The notes under the pieces are model-generated. The model was given only the letters and a program-made list of their open reading frames with translations. It was not told where the DNA came from and made no database searches. The position numbers and the translations under genes were made by a program. This document shows, one piece after another, positions 27,128 to 36,700 of a DNA stretch of 64,000 bases. Where the stretch lies: NCBI GenBank assembly GCA_963643355.1, contig CAVIJE010000005.1, forward strand, positions 1,842 through 65,841. Direction: 5' to 3'. Position 1 is the first letter of the stretch, and every line of letters begins with the position of its first letter. Source of the DNA: Sodaliphilus sp. (lineage in GTDB: Bacteria; Bacillota_I; Bacilli_A; RFN20; CAG-826).

Positions 27128-27859
27128 ATGGAAAATAAAACTATTTACAAACGTATCGTTCTCAAGGTTTCTGGAGAAGCTTTAGAAAACGAAACTGATC
27201 ACTCTATTTACGATGAAAAGAAATTAAAGGCAATTGCCAAGGTTGTGAAAGAAGCTCACGATTTAGGTGTGCAAATCAGCCTTGTTGTTGGAGCTGGCAA
27301 CATTTGGAGAGGGCGTCTTGCTGATAAAGTTGGCATTGAACGCTCCACAGCCGACTATATGGGGATGTTAGGCACAATCATGAATGGTTTGGCCTTACAA
27401 AGTGCTCTAGAAAGCCTTGGACTTTCTACGAAAGTTATGTCTTCAATCAACGTTCCGCAAGTTTGCGAACCATACATCCGTAGAAAAGCCATTTCACATC
27501 TAGAAAAAGGACAAGTTGTTGTCTTTGCTGGAGGAACTGGAAACCCTTATTTCACGACTGATTCTTGTGCTACGCTCCGTGCCCTAGAAATTAACGCCGA
27601 TTCAATTATTATGGGCAAGAATGGGGTCGAAGGCGTTTATGATTCCGATCCAAGAATTAATAAGGATGCAAAGCTTCTTAAGAAGTTAACATATACAGAA
27701 GTAATGGCAAAAAAGCTTGCTGTCATGGATTTAACAGCCGTGGCGATGCTTGCAGATTCAGACGTAAAGATTCATGTCTTTAATATGTCTGATCCAAATA
27801 GCTTATTAAGAGTTTTACAAGGGGAAGATATCGGATCAACTATATCCAAGGAGAAATAA
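27128..27859 (+). CDS. pyrH: UMP kinase
   Basis: YKRIVLKVSGEAL, GAGNIWRG and GTGNPYFTTD motifs. An in-frame TAA at 27116-27118 fixes the start. Confidence 0.96.
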   Translation: MENKTIYKRIVLKVSGEALENETDHSIYDEKKLKAIAKVVKEAHDLGVQISLVVGAGNIWRGRLADKVGIERSTADYMGMLGTIMNGLALQSALESLGLSTKVMSSINVPQVCEPYIRRKAISHLEKGQVVVFAGGTGNPYFTTDSCATLRALEINADSIIMGKNGVEGVYDSDPRINKDAKLLKKLTYTEVMAKKLAVMDLTAVAMLADSDVKIHVFNMSDPNSLLRVLQGEDIGSTISKEK

Positions 27860-27862
27860 AAT

Positions 27863-28408
27863 ATGGACCAATTAGTAAATGAAGCAAAAGGCCAAATGGA
27901 CAAGGCCATAGAATCCTACAAGGGAAGATTGGCTAAATTAAGAACAGGCCGCGCAAATCCAAAAATGCTTGATGGCATTAAGTGTGATTATTATGGCGAT
28001 AAGATGGATATTACATCTCTTTCGTCTATCTCAATGCCTGAGCCAAGACAATTGTTAATTAAGCCTTATTCACGTGAGGATATTAAGACTATTGCTAGCG
28101 CTATTGCTGGAGCAAATTTGGGCGTTAACCCTCAAGTTGAAGCAAGCGATATCCGTATCATTGTCCCACCTCTCACTGAAGACGTAAGAAAGCAAATTGC
28201 CAAAGAAGCAAAAGTCATTGGCGATGAAACGAAGGTTGCAATCAGAAATATCCGCCGTGATTATCTCGATCTTTTAAAAGATGATGATTCGATGAGCGAC
28301 GATTATAAAGACCGTGTTGAAGAAGATATCCAAAAGATTGTTACTGAAGCAAACAAAACGGTCGATGATATTCTTGCCGAAAAGCAAAAAGAAATCATGA
28401 CTATCTGA
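27863..28408 (+). CDS. frr: Ribosome recycling factor
   Basis: Canonical RRF (LRTGRANPKMLD.., IRNIRRD). Confidence 0.96.
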   Translation: MDQLVNEAKGQMDKAIESYKGRLAKLRTGRANPKMLDGIKCDYYGDKMDITSLSSISMPEPRQLLIKPYSREDIKTIASAIAGANLGVNPQVEASDIRIIVPPLTEDVRKQIAKEAKVIGDETKVAIRNIRRDYLDLLKDDDSMSDDYKDRVEEDIQKIVTEANKTVDDILAEKQKEIMTI

Positions 28409-28426
28409 TACTAAAATCAAAAAATC

Positions 28427-28452
28427 GAGGGCGAAACCGCCCTCTTTTCTTT
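28427..28452. terminator. Bidirectional terminator shared by frr (+) and the LRR gene (-)
   Basis: GAGGGCG-AAAC-CGCCCTC, flanked by an A-run upstream and a T-run downstream. Confidence 0.88.
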
Positions 28453-29375
28453 TATAAGGAAATTGTTGAATCGGTGCAAACTACTTCTTTGATTGAAGAA
28501 TCTTTGCTCCAATCAACGCCTTTAGTTAAATTCTTAAAAGCGGCTGCTGTACTAGAATACTTTATAGTCTCTAATGAAGTACAGCCAGCAAATAAAGACT
28601 CTGATATTTCTTTCAAAGAGGAAGGCAATGTTATTTCATTTAAAGAAGTACATCCAGCAAAGACGCTACTGCCTAACGCTTCCAAACTCGTGTCTTTAAA
28701 ATTAATCGATGTAAGAGAAACGTTATTTTCAAAAGCATTTTCGCCAATGGAAATTAAGTTTCTTGAGAAAACGATATTTTTAAGCGAGATATCATTAGCA
28801 AAGGCATTCTTTTCTATGTTTTGACTTCCTTCACCAGAGCCGAATTTTACCTCTTCAAGATTAGAAAGATTTTGAAAAGAAGAAGATCCTATTCTGGAAT
28901 ACAATCCACTAAAATAAACGCCTTTTATTTTGCAATCTGTTGAATTGAAAATATTTGAATCGCTTTCGCTTTTTAATGCAACGCTACTAATCGCATATGT
29001 TTTGTTTTCGCTAGAAATATTAACGGCAGAAGGCATGATTAAATATTTGTCTTCGTCAGTCGAATTTACCCCGTAAACAACATAACGCTCCCCCTCTTTT
29101 TCTAAAGAGAAGACATTTGAGTTGGTTCTAAATAATCCATTATCCGTATATAAACCTGGCGTTTGATTATCCCACGAAAATGAAGGAGAACTCTTTTTAC
29201 TTGGAGATATTTGCGAAGAAAAATGTCCGATTATTGGAATGATGATTGTTCCTAAAAGAATAGCCATTCCAACAGAGCATATTATGATGGCATTCCTTTT
29301 TTCCTTTGGATTCATTTTGGATTTTTTATCATCGATGACGTCTACATCAATTATTTTTTCTTCGTTTTCATTCAT
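28452..29375 (-). CDS. BspA-type leucine-rich-repeat surface protein with an N-terminal TM anchor
   Basis: Cytoplasmic KK-rich N-terminus, one TM helix (AIIICSVGMAILLGTIIIPII), then repeated LRR_5-like units (IGENAFENNVSLTSINF, LGSSVFAGCTSLNEITLPSSLKEISESLFAGCTSLETI). Confidence 0.8.
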   Translation of the reverse strand: MNENEEKIIDVDVIDDKKSKMNPKEKRNAIIICSVGMAILLGTIIIPIIGHFSSQISPSKKSSPSFSWDNQTPGLYTDNGLFRTNSNVFSLEKEGERYVVYGVNSTDEDKYLIMPSAVNISSENKTYAISSVALKSESDSNIFNSTDCKIKGVYFSGLYSRIGSSSFQNLSNLEEVKFGSGEGSQNIEKNAFANDISLKNIVFSRNLISIGENAFENNVSLTSINFKDTSLEALGSSVFAGCTSLNEITLPSSLKEISESLFAGCTSLETIKYSSTAAAFKNLTKGVDWSKDSSIKEVVCTDSTISL

Positions 29376-29471
29376 AATGCATACATTGTAACAAAAATAC
29401 CATAAAACTTGCGAACTTTTTGAATTCGATATTTTCTATGGATTATCATTTTTTATCACGGTGTTTTAGGC

Positions 29472-29477
29472 TATAAT
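29472..29477 (+). promoter_or_regulatory. TATAAT box 8 nt upstream of the uppS ATG; leaderless-type geometry
   Basis: TATAAT at 29472-29477, spacer TTTTTCAT, ATG at 29486. No SD, and an in-frame TAA inside the box. The -35 region is poor. Confidence 0.4.
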
Positions 29478-29485
29478 TTTTTCAT

Positions 29486-30214
29486 ATGAAAAAAGAATTC
29501 GTTTTAACTAAAAAACTGTCGCATGTCGCATTTATCATGGACGGCAATGGAAGATGGGCAAAAGCTCGTGGGCTCCCTCGCCACCTTGGCCACAAAGAAG
29601 CTTGCAAACGATTAATAGAAATATTTGATACATGCATGGAATTTGACATTAAATATATGTCTTTTTATGCTTTTTCGACAGAAAACTGGAACCGTCCTGA
29701 AGATGAAATCAACCATTTGATGGATTACCTAGAAGAATTCTTTAAAAAAGAAATCGATTATCTCGATAGTAAAGGAACGAGGATTCTTGTTTCTGGAGAT
29801 TTAGGAAGAATTAGAGAGCAAACTAGAAAAATCTGTAATCAAGCAATTGATAGGACAAAAAACAATTCGACTTTTTATTTGAATATTTGTCTTAATTATG
29901 GTGGCCGTGATGAAATAGTTAGAGCTGCTAAAAAGATTGCTTCCGAATATAAAGAAGGAAAAATATCTTTGGATGACGTTAATGAAGAAACGTTTAAAAA
30001 CTATCTTTGGAACCCTCTTATACCAGACGTCGATTTGATGATTAGAACAAGTGGCGAGATGCGTTTATCTAATTATCTTTTATACGAAAACGCCTATGCA
30101 GAATTTGTTTTTACACCTGTCAAATGGCCGGATTTTCACCGCAGCGAATTAATTGATTGCTTAGAAGAATATCAAAACCGTAACAGGAGATTTGGGGGAT
30201 TAAAGAATGAATAA
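29486..30214 (+). CDS. uppS: Undecaprenyl (isoprenyl) diphosphate synthase
   Basis: HVAFIMDGNGRWA and FSTENWNRP motifs. An in-frame TAA at 29474-29476 fixes the start. Confidence 0.95.
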   Translation: MKKEFVLTKKLSHVAFIMDGNGRWAKARGLPRHLGHKEACKRLIEIFDTCMEFDIKYMSFYAFSTENWNRPEDEINHLMDYLEEFFKKEIDYLDSKGTRILVSGDLGRIREQTRKICNQAIDRTKNNSTFYLNICLNYGGRDEIVRAAKKIASEYKEGKISLDDVNEETFKNYLWNPLIPDVDLMIRTSGEMRLSNYLLYENAYAEFVFTPVKWPDFHRSELIDCLEEYQNRNRRFGGLKNE

Positions 30215-31253
30215 CAAGAAATTTGAAATAGATGTGAACACCCCTCCTGAGGGTTTTAAGGCTTCATTACGCTCTAGAGTAATTGTTGCTTTGATATTGG
30301 CTGCTTTGTTTATCCCTGCATTCGTATTAGGAAGCTGGACATGCCTTTTTATGTTTATGATTGCTTTGGCCATCATCTTAATTGAAGTCCATTTAGCACC
30401 ACAAAAGAAATACGGATGGTGGGTTTGGGTTTTAACCTTCTTTATAACCTTCTCCTATGTTTATTGGTTTATTTTGAAATATAACCTGGCGGGTTACGAA
30501 AAAGACCATACCTCATATGTGTTTTCGCTAGAAAAATGGTATTCGTCCTTAGATATTTCAATTATTGGAATCGCCTCCTCGTTAATTGTTTATTTCACCA
30601 TTTCTATGTTTGATAAGAATTTTACATTCAACGATGTCATGTATTTCTTTTTGGTGACGATTCTTGTTGGGCTTGGCATTCAGGCTTTCTATTTCATAAG
30701 ATATTTTCCATTCAACGCCTTCTCTAATTCTGAGGTTGCAGCGATAAACGGACTCACAGGTGACGCAGCAATTAATGATCCATCATTCCAATTCTGGAAT
30801 TCAGCAGAGTTAGAACTTTATGTTTTAGTTGGTGTTGTTGCTAATGATATTTTTGCCTATTTTGGCGGAATATTCTTTGGAAAGCATAAGATGATCGAAC
30901 GTGTTTCACCAAAGAAGACCTGGGAAGGCTTTGCTTGGGGCATCGTTTGCTCGGTTATTTGCTCAGGCGCCTTTGGGCTTGGTTGCGCGTTCGGAAAATC
31001 GCCAATGTTACCTTATTTAGATTTGGATCATTGGTATAGAATTCTTATTCTTAGCTTGATTATTCCTTTACTTGGCGATTTGGGAGACCTTTCTTTCTCC
31101 TTGATAAAACGTCATTTTGGTATTAAAGATTTCGGCAATATTTTAAGGGGCCATGGCGGAGTTCTTGATCGTATTGATTCTTCTGTGTTTGCAATGGTTG
31201 GCGTTTCAATCATCGTCGTCTTCCTTTCCCATGGTTATAATATTTTGTTATGA
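30207..31253 (+). CDS. cdsA: Phosphatidate cytidylyltransferase (CdsA), with a long N-terminal membrane extension
   Basis: C-terminal CTP-transferase signature (SPKKTWEG..., GDLGDLSFSLIKRHFGIKDFGNILRGHGGVLDRIDS). Multi-TM. Confidence 0.9.
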   Translation: MNNKKFEIDVNTPPEGFKASLRSRVIVALILAALFIPAFVLGSWTCLFMFMIALAIILIEVHLAPQKKYGWWVWVLTFFITFSYVYWFILKYNLAGYEKDHTSYVFSLEKWYSSLDISIIGIASSLIVYFTISMFDKNFTFNDVMYFFLVTILVGLGIQAFYFIRYFPFNAFSNSEVAAINGLTGDAAINDPSFQFWNSAELELYVLVGVVANDIFAYFGGIFFGKHKMIERVSPKKTWEGFAWGIVCSVICSGAFGLGCAFGKSPMLPYLDLDHWYRILILSLIIPLLGDLGDLSFSLIKRHFGIKDFGNILRGHGGVLDRIDSSVFAMVGVSIIVVFLSHGYNILL

Positions 31254-32389
31254 GAAAAGTTTTGCTATTAGGTGCCTCCGGAAATATTGGCGGTCAGGTT
31301 TTAGATATATTAGAAAAGGATCCATCATCTTTTGAATTAGTTGGCGTTTCAATTGGAAGAAACGTTTCTAAAGGCCAAGAAATCATCAAGAGATTCCCAT
31401 CCATTAAATTCTTTTGCGTCAAGGATGAAGAAAATAAATCGTTATTTGACGTCGAGCATATTTACGCTGGCGATGACGGCCTTTTAGAACTCATTAATGA
31501 ATCTAATCCGGATATGGTCGTTAACGCTTTAGTTGGCTTTGCTGGATTAATGCCATCAATCGTTTCTTTAACTAACGATAAAATTCTTTGCCTCGCAAAC
31601 AAGGAATCGCTTGTTGTTGGCGGGGATAAGATAAACAAACTTCTAAAGGAAGGACACGGAAAGCTTTATCCGATTGACTCTGAGCATGTTGCCCTTGCTA
31701 AATGCCTTTCAAAAGTTAAAAGAGAAGATGTAGATAAATTGGTTATCACCGCTTCAGGCGGATCATTTAGAAAACTTTCAAGAAAAGAACTTGAGCATGT
31801 AACGGTTGAAGATGCTTTAAGACATCCAACCTGGTCGATGGGGAAGAAAATCACAATTGATTCTGCAACGATGTTTAACAAAGGATTTGAAGTTATTGAA
31901 GCATATCAATTGTTTCACTTTCCGATAAACAAAATTGAAGTTTTGATGCACGATGAAAGCTATGTTCATTCTGCCTTACTTATGAAAGACGGAACTTATT
32001 ATGCAGACGTATGCAAACCTGATATGCATGGTCCAATTGAATACGCTTTATACGAAGGAAAAAATGAATTCAAAGTATTTCATAAGGGAAATATAGGGGA
32101 TTTTGGGAATTTTACTTTCCATAAATTTAATCCAGAAAGATATCCGGCGGTGAATATCGCCCTTAGTGCTTTAAAAGAGGGCGGGTTAATGCCTACCGTC
32201 TTAAATGCGGCTAATGAAGAAGCGGTTTATCTTTTCTTAAGCGGCAAAATTCCTTTCCTCTCTATTGAGGGAATAGTAGAAAAATGCCTTAGACATTTCC
32301 CAAACAAAAAAGATCCAACGATTCGCGATATTCGTTCTATGGATTTTTATGTTAGATCGTTTGTGAGAGAAAAATACGGGAGGGAGTAA
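31250..32389 (+). CDS. dxr: 1-deoxy-D-xylulose 5-phosphate reductoisomerase
   Basis: LGASGNIGGQ NADPH motif, LANKESLV, IDSEH, and HPTWSMGKKITIDSATMFNKGFEVIEA. Confidence 0.95.
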   Translation: MRKVLLLGASGNIGGQVLDILEKDPSSFELVGVSIGRNVSKGQEIIKRFPSIKFFCVKDEENKSLFDVEHIYAGDDGLLELINESNPDMVVNALVGFAGLMPSIVSLTNDKILCLANKESLVVGGDKINKLLKEGHGKLYPIDSEHVALAKCLSKVKREDVDKLVITASGGSFRKLSRKELEHVTVEDALRHPTWSMGKKITIDSATMFNKGFEVIEAYQLFHFPINKIEVLMHDESYVHSALLMKDGTYYADVCKPDMHGPIEYALYEGKNEFKVFHKGNIGDFGNFTFHKFNPERYPAVNIALSALKEGGLMPTVLNAANEEAVYLFLSGKIPFLSIEGIVEKCLRHFPNKKDPTIRDIRSMDFYVRSFVREKYGRE

Positions 32390-32390
32390 G

Positions 32391-33737
32391 ATGCAAATAT
32401 TTATCACTATCGTCATATTACTTGTCATGCTTGGCATTTTAGTTGGCATGCATGAGCTTGGTCACCTAACAGTGGCTAAGGCCTTTAACGTTTATTGTCT
32501 TGAATATTCTATTGGTTTCGGACCGAAGATTTTCTCTAAAACAAGAAAAGGCGGTGAGACTGCGTTTTCCATTAGAGCTTTGCCTCTTGGCGGATATGTT
32601 TCTATGTATACCGAGGGAGTTGAACTTCCTTCAGGGAAAAATGTTCCGGCTGAAAGGTCGTTAGAGGGAATTAAACCATGGAAGAGAGCTTTAGTAATGG
32701 TCGCAGGCGTTGCTGTAAATTTCTTCCTAGCGTTCCTGTTTTGCCTCGTTTATTCTGTTTGCTTCCCATCTTATTACACTGGCTCATATGTTGATACTGG
32801 TTTAACTAACAACCTTGTTTACGTTGATTCAACTGACACGGAAAGCGCGACTGCCAAACAATATTGCTTTTGGATTAACGGAAGCGTTAATGGTGAACTT
32901 TTAGATAGCGAAACAAATAAACTTTTAGCTTTAGACGTGGTAGCAGATGATAATAACAACCAATATGGATATTTGCTTGATGCTAACGCGACAATTGGTG
33001 ATAAAAACTATTGTGCGGTCTTTGTTTTTGAATCAGTCGTTTCTTCTAATGATCTTGTTTCTTGCGTTACTTTTTACGAACAAAAGACTGGATTCTTCCC
33101 GACTGGCATTCAAAAAGAATTAGGCGTTACGGCCTACCCAGATAAAAACAATCCATACACCTTAAAGGAAAATGAAGAGGCGACAATCCACCTTACGTTC
33201 CTTGAATGTTCTTCGTATATTTCTTCTCCAACAAGAGAACAATTCCAATCTTCAAAGAACAACGTTAAAGATTTCCTTTTGAAAGGCGGAGATAAATATT
33301 CAAGCGAAGATACTTTATCGGTTAACGCTTACGAATATTGGGCTCCATTTGGCAAAAGATTGCTAAATGGGTGCACTTATTTTACGAATTTCTTCGTGAT
33401 GATCGGACAAGGGCTTGCTGCCATTTTCTCATTTAATTTTTCAAATGTTGGCTCGGTCGTGGCAATGGGTTCCGTCCTTTCGATGTCTTCGGCCCAAATT
33501 GGCTGGGGAAGAACATTCTTCTTATACGGAGGCTTCCTTTCTTTGAATCTTGGCGTCCTTAATTTATTGCCTTTCCCAGGACTTGATGGATGGCAATTAT
33601 TGGTTACGTTCGTTGAAGCGGTTCTCCATAGAAAAATAAATGACAAAGTTAAAAACGTGGTCTCCCTTATTGGCGTCGGCCTTCTCCTCTTATTTGGCGT
33701 TGCCATCATAATTAAAGACATATTGGGGCTTTTCTAA
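32391..33737 (+). CDS. rseP: Site-2 (M50) intramembrane zinc metalloprotease, RseP/RasP family
   Basis: HELGH motif in TM1 and NLLPFPGLDG near the C-terminus. The central roughly 200 aa does not show an obvious PDZ motif by eye. Confidence 0.88.
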   Translation: MQIFITIVILLVMLGILVGMHELGHLTVAKAFNVYCLEYSIGFGPKIFSKTRKGGETAFSIRALPLGGYVSMYTEGVELPSGKNVPAERSLEGIKPWKRALVMVAGVAVNFFLAFLFCLVYSVCFPSYYTGSYVDTGLTNNLVYVDSTDTESATAKQYCFWINGSVNGELLDSETNKLLALDVVADDNNNQYGYLLDANATIGDKNYCAVFVFESVVSSNDLVSCVTFYEQKTGFFPTGIQKELGVTAYPDKNNPYTLKENEEATIHLTFLECSSYISSPTREQFQSSKNNVKDFLLKGGDKYSSEDTLSVNAYEYWAPFGKRLLNGCTYFTNFFVMIGQGLAAIFSFNFSNVGSVVAMGSVLSMSSAQIGWGRTFFLYGGFLSLNLGVLNLLPFPGLDGWQLLVTFVEAVLHRKINDKVKNVVSLIGVGLLLLFGVAIIIKDILGLF

Positions 33738-33738
33738 T

Positions 33739-36700
33739 ATGAAAAATCAAAAAATGCAAAGATTCCTGGATTCGATCAACATTCAGGAAGCGTATCGTTA
33801 CGATATGGATTTTGTTTCCGTTAAACGCGATGAAACGAACACCATTAAAATGGTCATAAAAAAAGAATCCCCTTGGGATTACGAACTTATTAGCGAATTT
33901 GTTGAGCATCTTGCTAACATAACCTATTCATATTCCATTTCTTTTGAATACGAAAAAGGCCCTTCTTTTGAAGACGTGAAAAATTTATTCAACAACTATC
34001 TCTTAAGCCATTATCTTTCTTTTTCTTCGACTCCTTTATTTAATGGGGAAGACAAAAAGATTTATATACTTGAGCCAAAAGATGATTCGGAAAAGTTCGG
34101 AAAAATGATCGAAGAATTTAATTCGTATCTATCTTTCCTTAATTATGATTTCGAACTTTTGACAACAAAAGAACCTTTAAAGAAAGAAGAAGAGGCTCCT
34201 AAAACAAAGACGTCTTCAATTCAAAAAGAAGAGACTCCTGTATCAATAAAAGAAGAAATTGACGAGGAGGAAGAAGAGGAAGAAGACGAAAAGGAAAATC
34301 TTTCTAGCGAAGAAATAGAAGCGAATTATCTTTCTGATGACTATCTTAGGGAAGAAATCAAAGCGACGGAAGAATCCTATTTAAATGCCATACGTCAAGA
34401 AAACGAAAGAATCGAACATCAAAAGATTTATCAAAAAGGCAATTACGAGAAACTTGCTTCCATAAAGGATTGCTACACAACAAAGTCTACCACGGTAGAA
34501 GTTGAAGGTTATCTTTATGGAATTGATGAGAAAAACCCTACACGCCTATCAAGAAAAGGCAAACTTATGATGTCCGCTGGCATTGGCGAATGGGAATATG
34601 GCGCGGCAATCAATATTCGCTTGTCGGAATCAAGAGGCCTTCTTAGCAAGGAAGATATTTCGCAATTCAACGCCAAATCTAATGGCACAAGAGTCTTAGT
34701 TAAGGGAGCCATTGATAAAGACTTCCGCACAGGGCAAAAACAAATTTTCGTTCACTATATTGAAAAGCTCCCACCAAAACCATTAAGAGATGATAATGAA
34801 CCTACCCAACGCGTGGAACTTCATTTGCATTCAAAATTCTCTTCCATGGACGGACTTGGCGATATTGAAGATTATCTAAAACTTGCAATCCATTGGGGAA
34901 TGCCTGCTTTAGCTATTACTGACCATGGCGCAATTCAATGTTTCCCTGCTGCTGAAAAAGCAATGGGAAATATTAATAAGGCTCGAAAGAAGGCTGGTCT
35001 TAGCACCGATCCAATCAAATTGCTATATGGTTGCGAATTTTATATGTTCGATAAACCAGTTCCAATCATTAATCGCAGCTCAAATGAAACAATAGCCAAT
35101 CAAACCTATTGCGTATTCGACTTTGAAACTACGGGTCTTTCGCATGTCTATGATAGACCAATTGAATTTAGCGCAGTTATTGTCGGGCCTGATGGAATGC
35201 CAATAAAACGCATAGATCGTTTCATTGATCCAGAAAGAAAATTGTCTCCTGGCGCTATGGCAGTTAACCACATTACAGAAGATATGCTTGTTGGCGCCCC
35301 AAAAATGCAAGAAGCCATCAAAGAGATTTCGGAATTTATCGGTGATTCAATTCTTGTCGCTCATAACGCAAAATTCGACTTGGACTTCCTTAACATAATG
35401 AGAAAATCCGCTGGAATGCCTCCAGTTAACAATGTCGTCGTTGATACCCTTCAGGTTGCAAAATACCTTTTCCCTGACGCTGGTGCAATAAACGAAAAAG
35501 CCTTAGCTGGACGTTTAGATATTCATGGTGAATCAAATAAGTTCCACCGCGCTGATTACGACGCTGAGCAACTTTCGAAGATTTGGCTTGCCATGATTCC
35601 TCTCCTTCAAAAGAAATACGAAAATCCAAATATCACTTTCGAAGATTTAAATCATTTACCTATCGATTCGCAAAACTTCTATCGTTTGCTTATTTCTTAC
35701 CATACGACTGTTATCGCAAAAAATAAAGCTGGATTGAAGGCTCTATTTAAACTTATCTCAGAGTCGGAAACGACATATTTAGCTCCTCAATCAAGAAATG
35801 CTCCAACTCCATTGCTTCCAAGAGAATTCTTAGCTGAAAATCGCGAAAATCTTCTTGTTGGATCAGCCTGTTTCAATGGCAGAGTTTTTGAAATGGCAAT
35901 GAATGGCACCCAAGAAGAATTAGAAGAAGAGATGAAATTCTATGATTACATAGAGATTCAGCCTAAAGAAAACTACTCTTGGCTTATTGGCATGGAAATG
36001 ATCGATGAAGAAAGGCTTATGGATATTCTTCAAAGAATCGTTGATACCGCTAAGCGTTTAGGGAAGAGAATTGTAGCAACCGGAGACTGCCATTATGTAA
36101 ACCCTGAAGAGAAAATAACGAGGGACGTGTATATAAATACGGCTGGTCTTGGAAAATCAATCCATCCGTTAAACCGCGGAAGAATGCATCACGCTCCATT
36201 CCCAAATCCTGATCAACATTTCCGTAGCACTCGTGAGATGCTTGACTCTTTTAGAACGTGGCTACCGGAAGAAGAATGCCAAGAATACGTTATTAAGAAC
36301 ACACGCGATATTGCTGATATGTGCGAACCTATGAAGGTTCTTAAGGACAAACTTTATACACCTGTTGCAAACCTTCCAAATTCCGACGTAAAACTCAGAG
36401 AGATTTGCTATGGTAATCTAAAGAAGACGTATGGCGATAATCCTGATCCAGAAGTCAAAAAGAGACTTGATAGAGAACTCGACGGTATTATCAGTAATGG
36501 TTACGCCGTTACATATTACATCGCTCACCTTCTTGTAAAACATGCTGCTGAAGATAAAGATAACCCACAACATATGGGCTACTTTATTGGCTCTAGAGGA
36601 TCTGTTGGATCTTCTTTTGCCGCAACAATGGCTGGAATCACTGAAGTTAATCCTTTGCCTCCACACTATCTTTGCCCGCATTGCAAACATTTTGAATGGG

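Noticed and set aside
34171-34360. The acidic low-complexity tract in polC as a possible frameshift or assembly artefact.
   Set aside because: The reading frame is continuous, and the conserved PolC domains on both sides are in the same frame. It is more likely a lineage-specific insertion.
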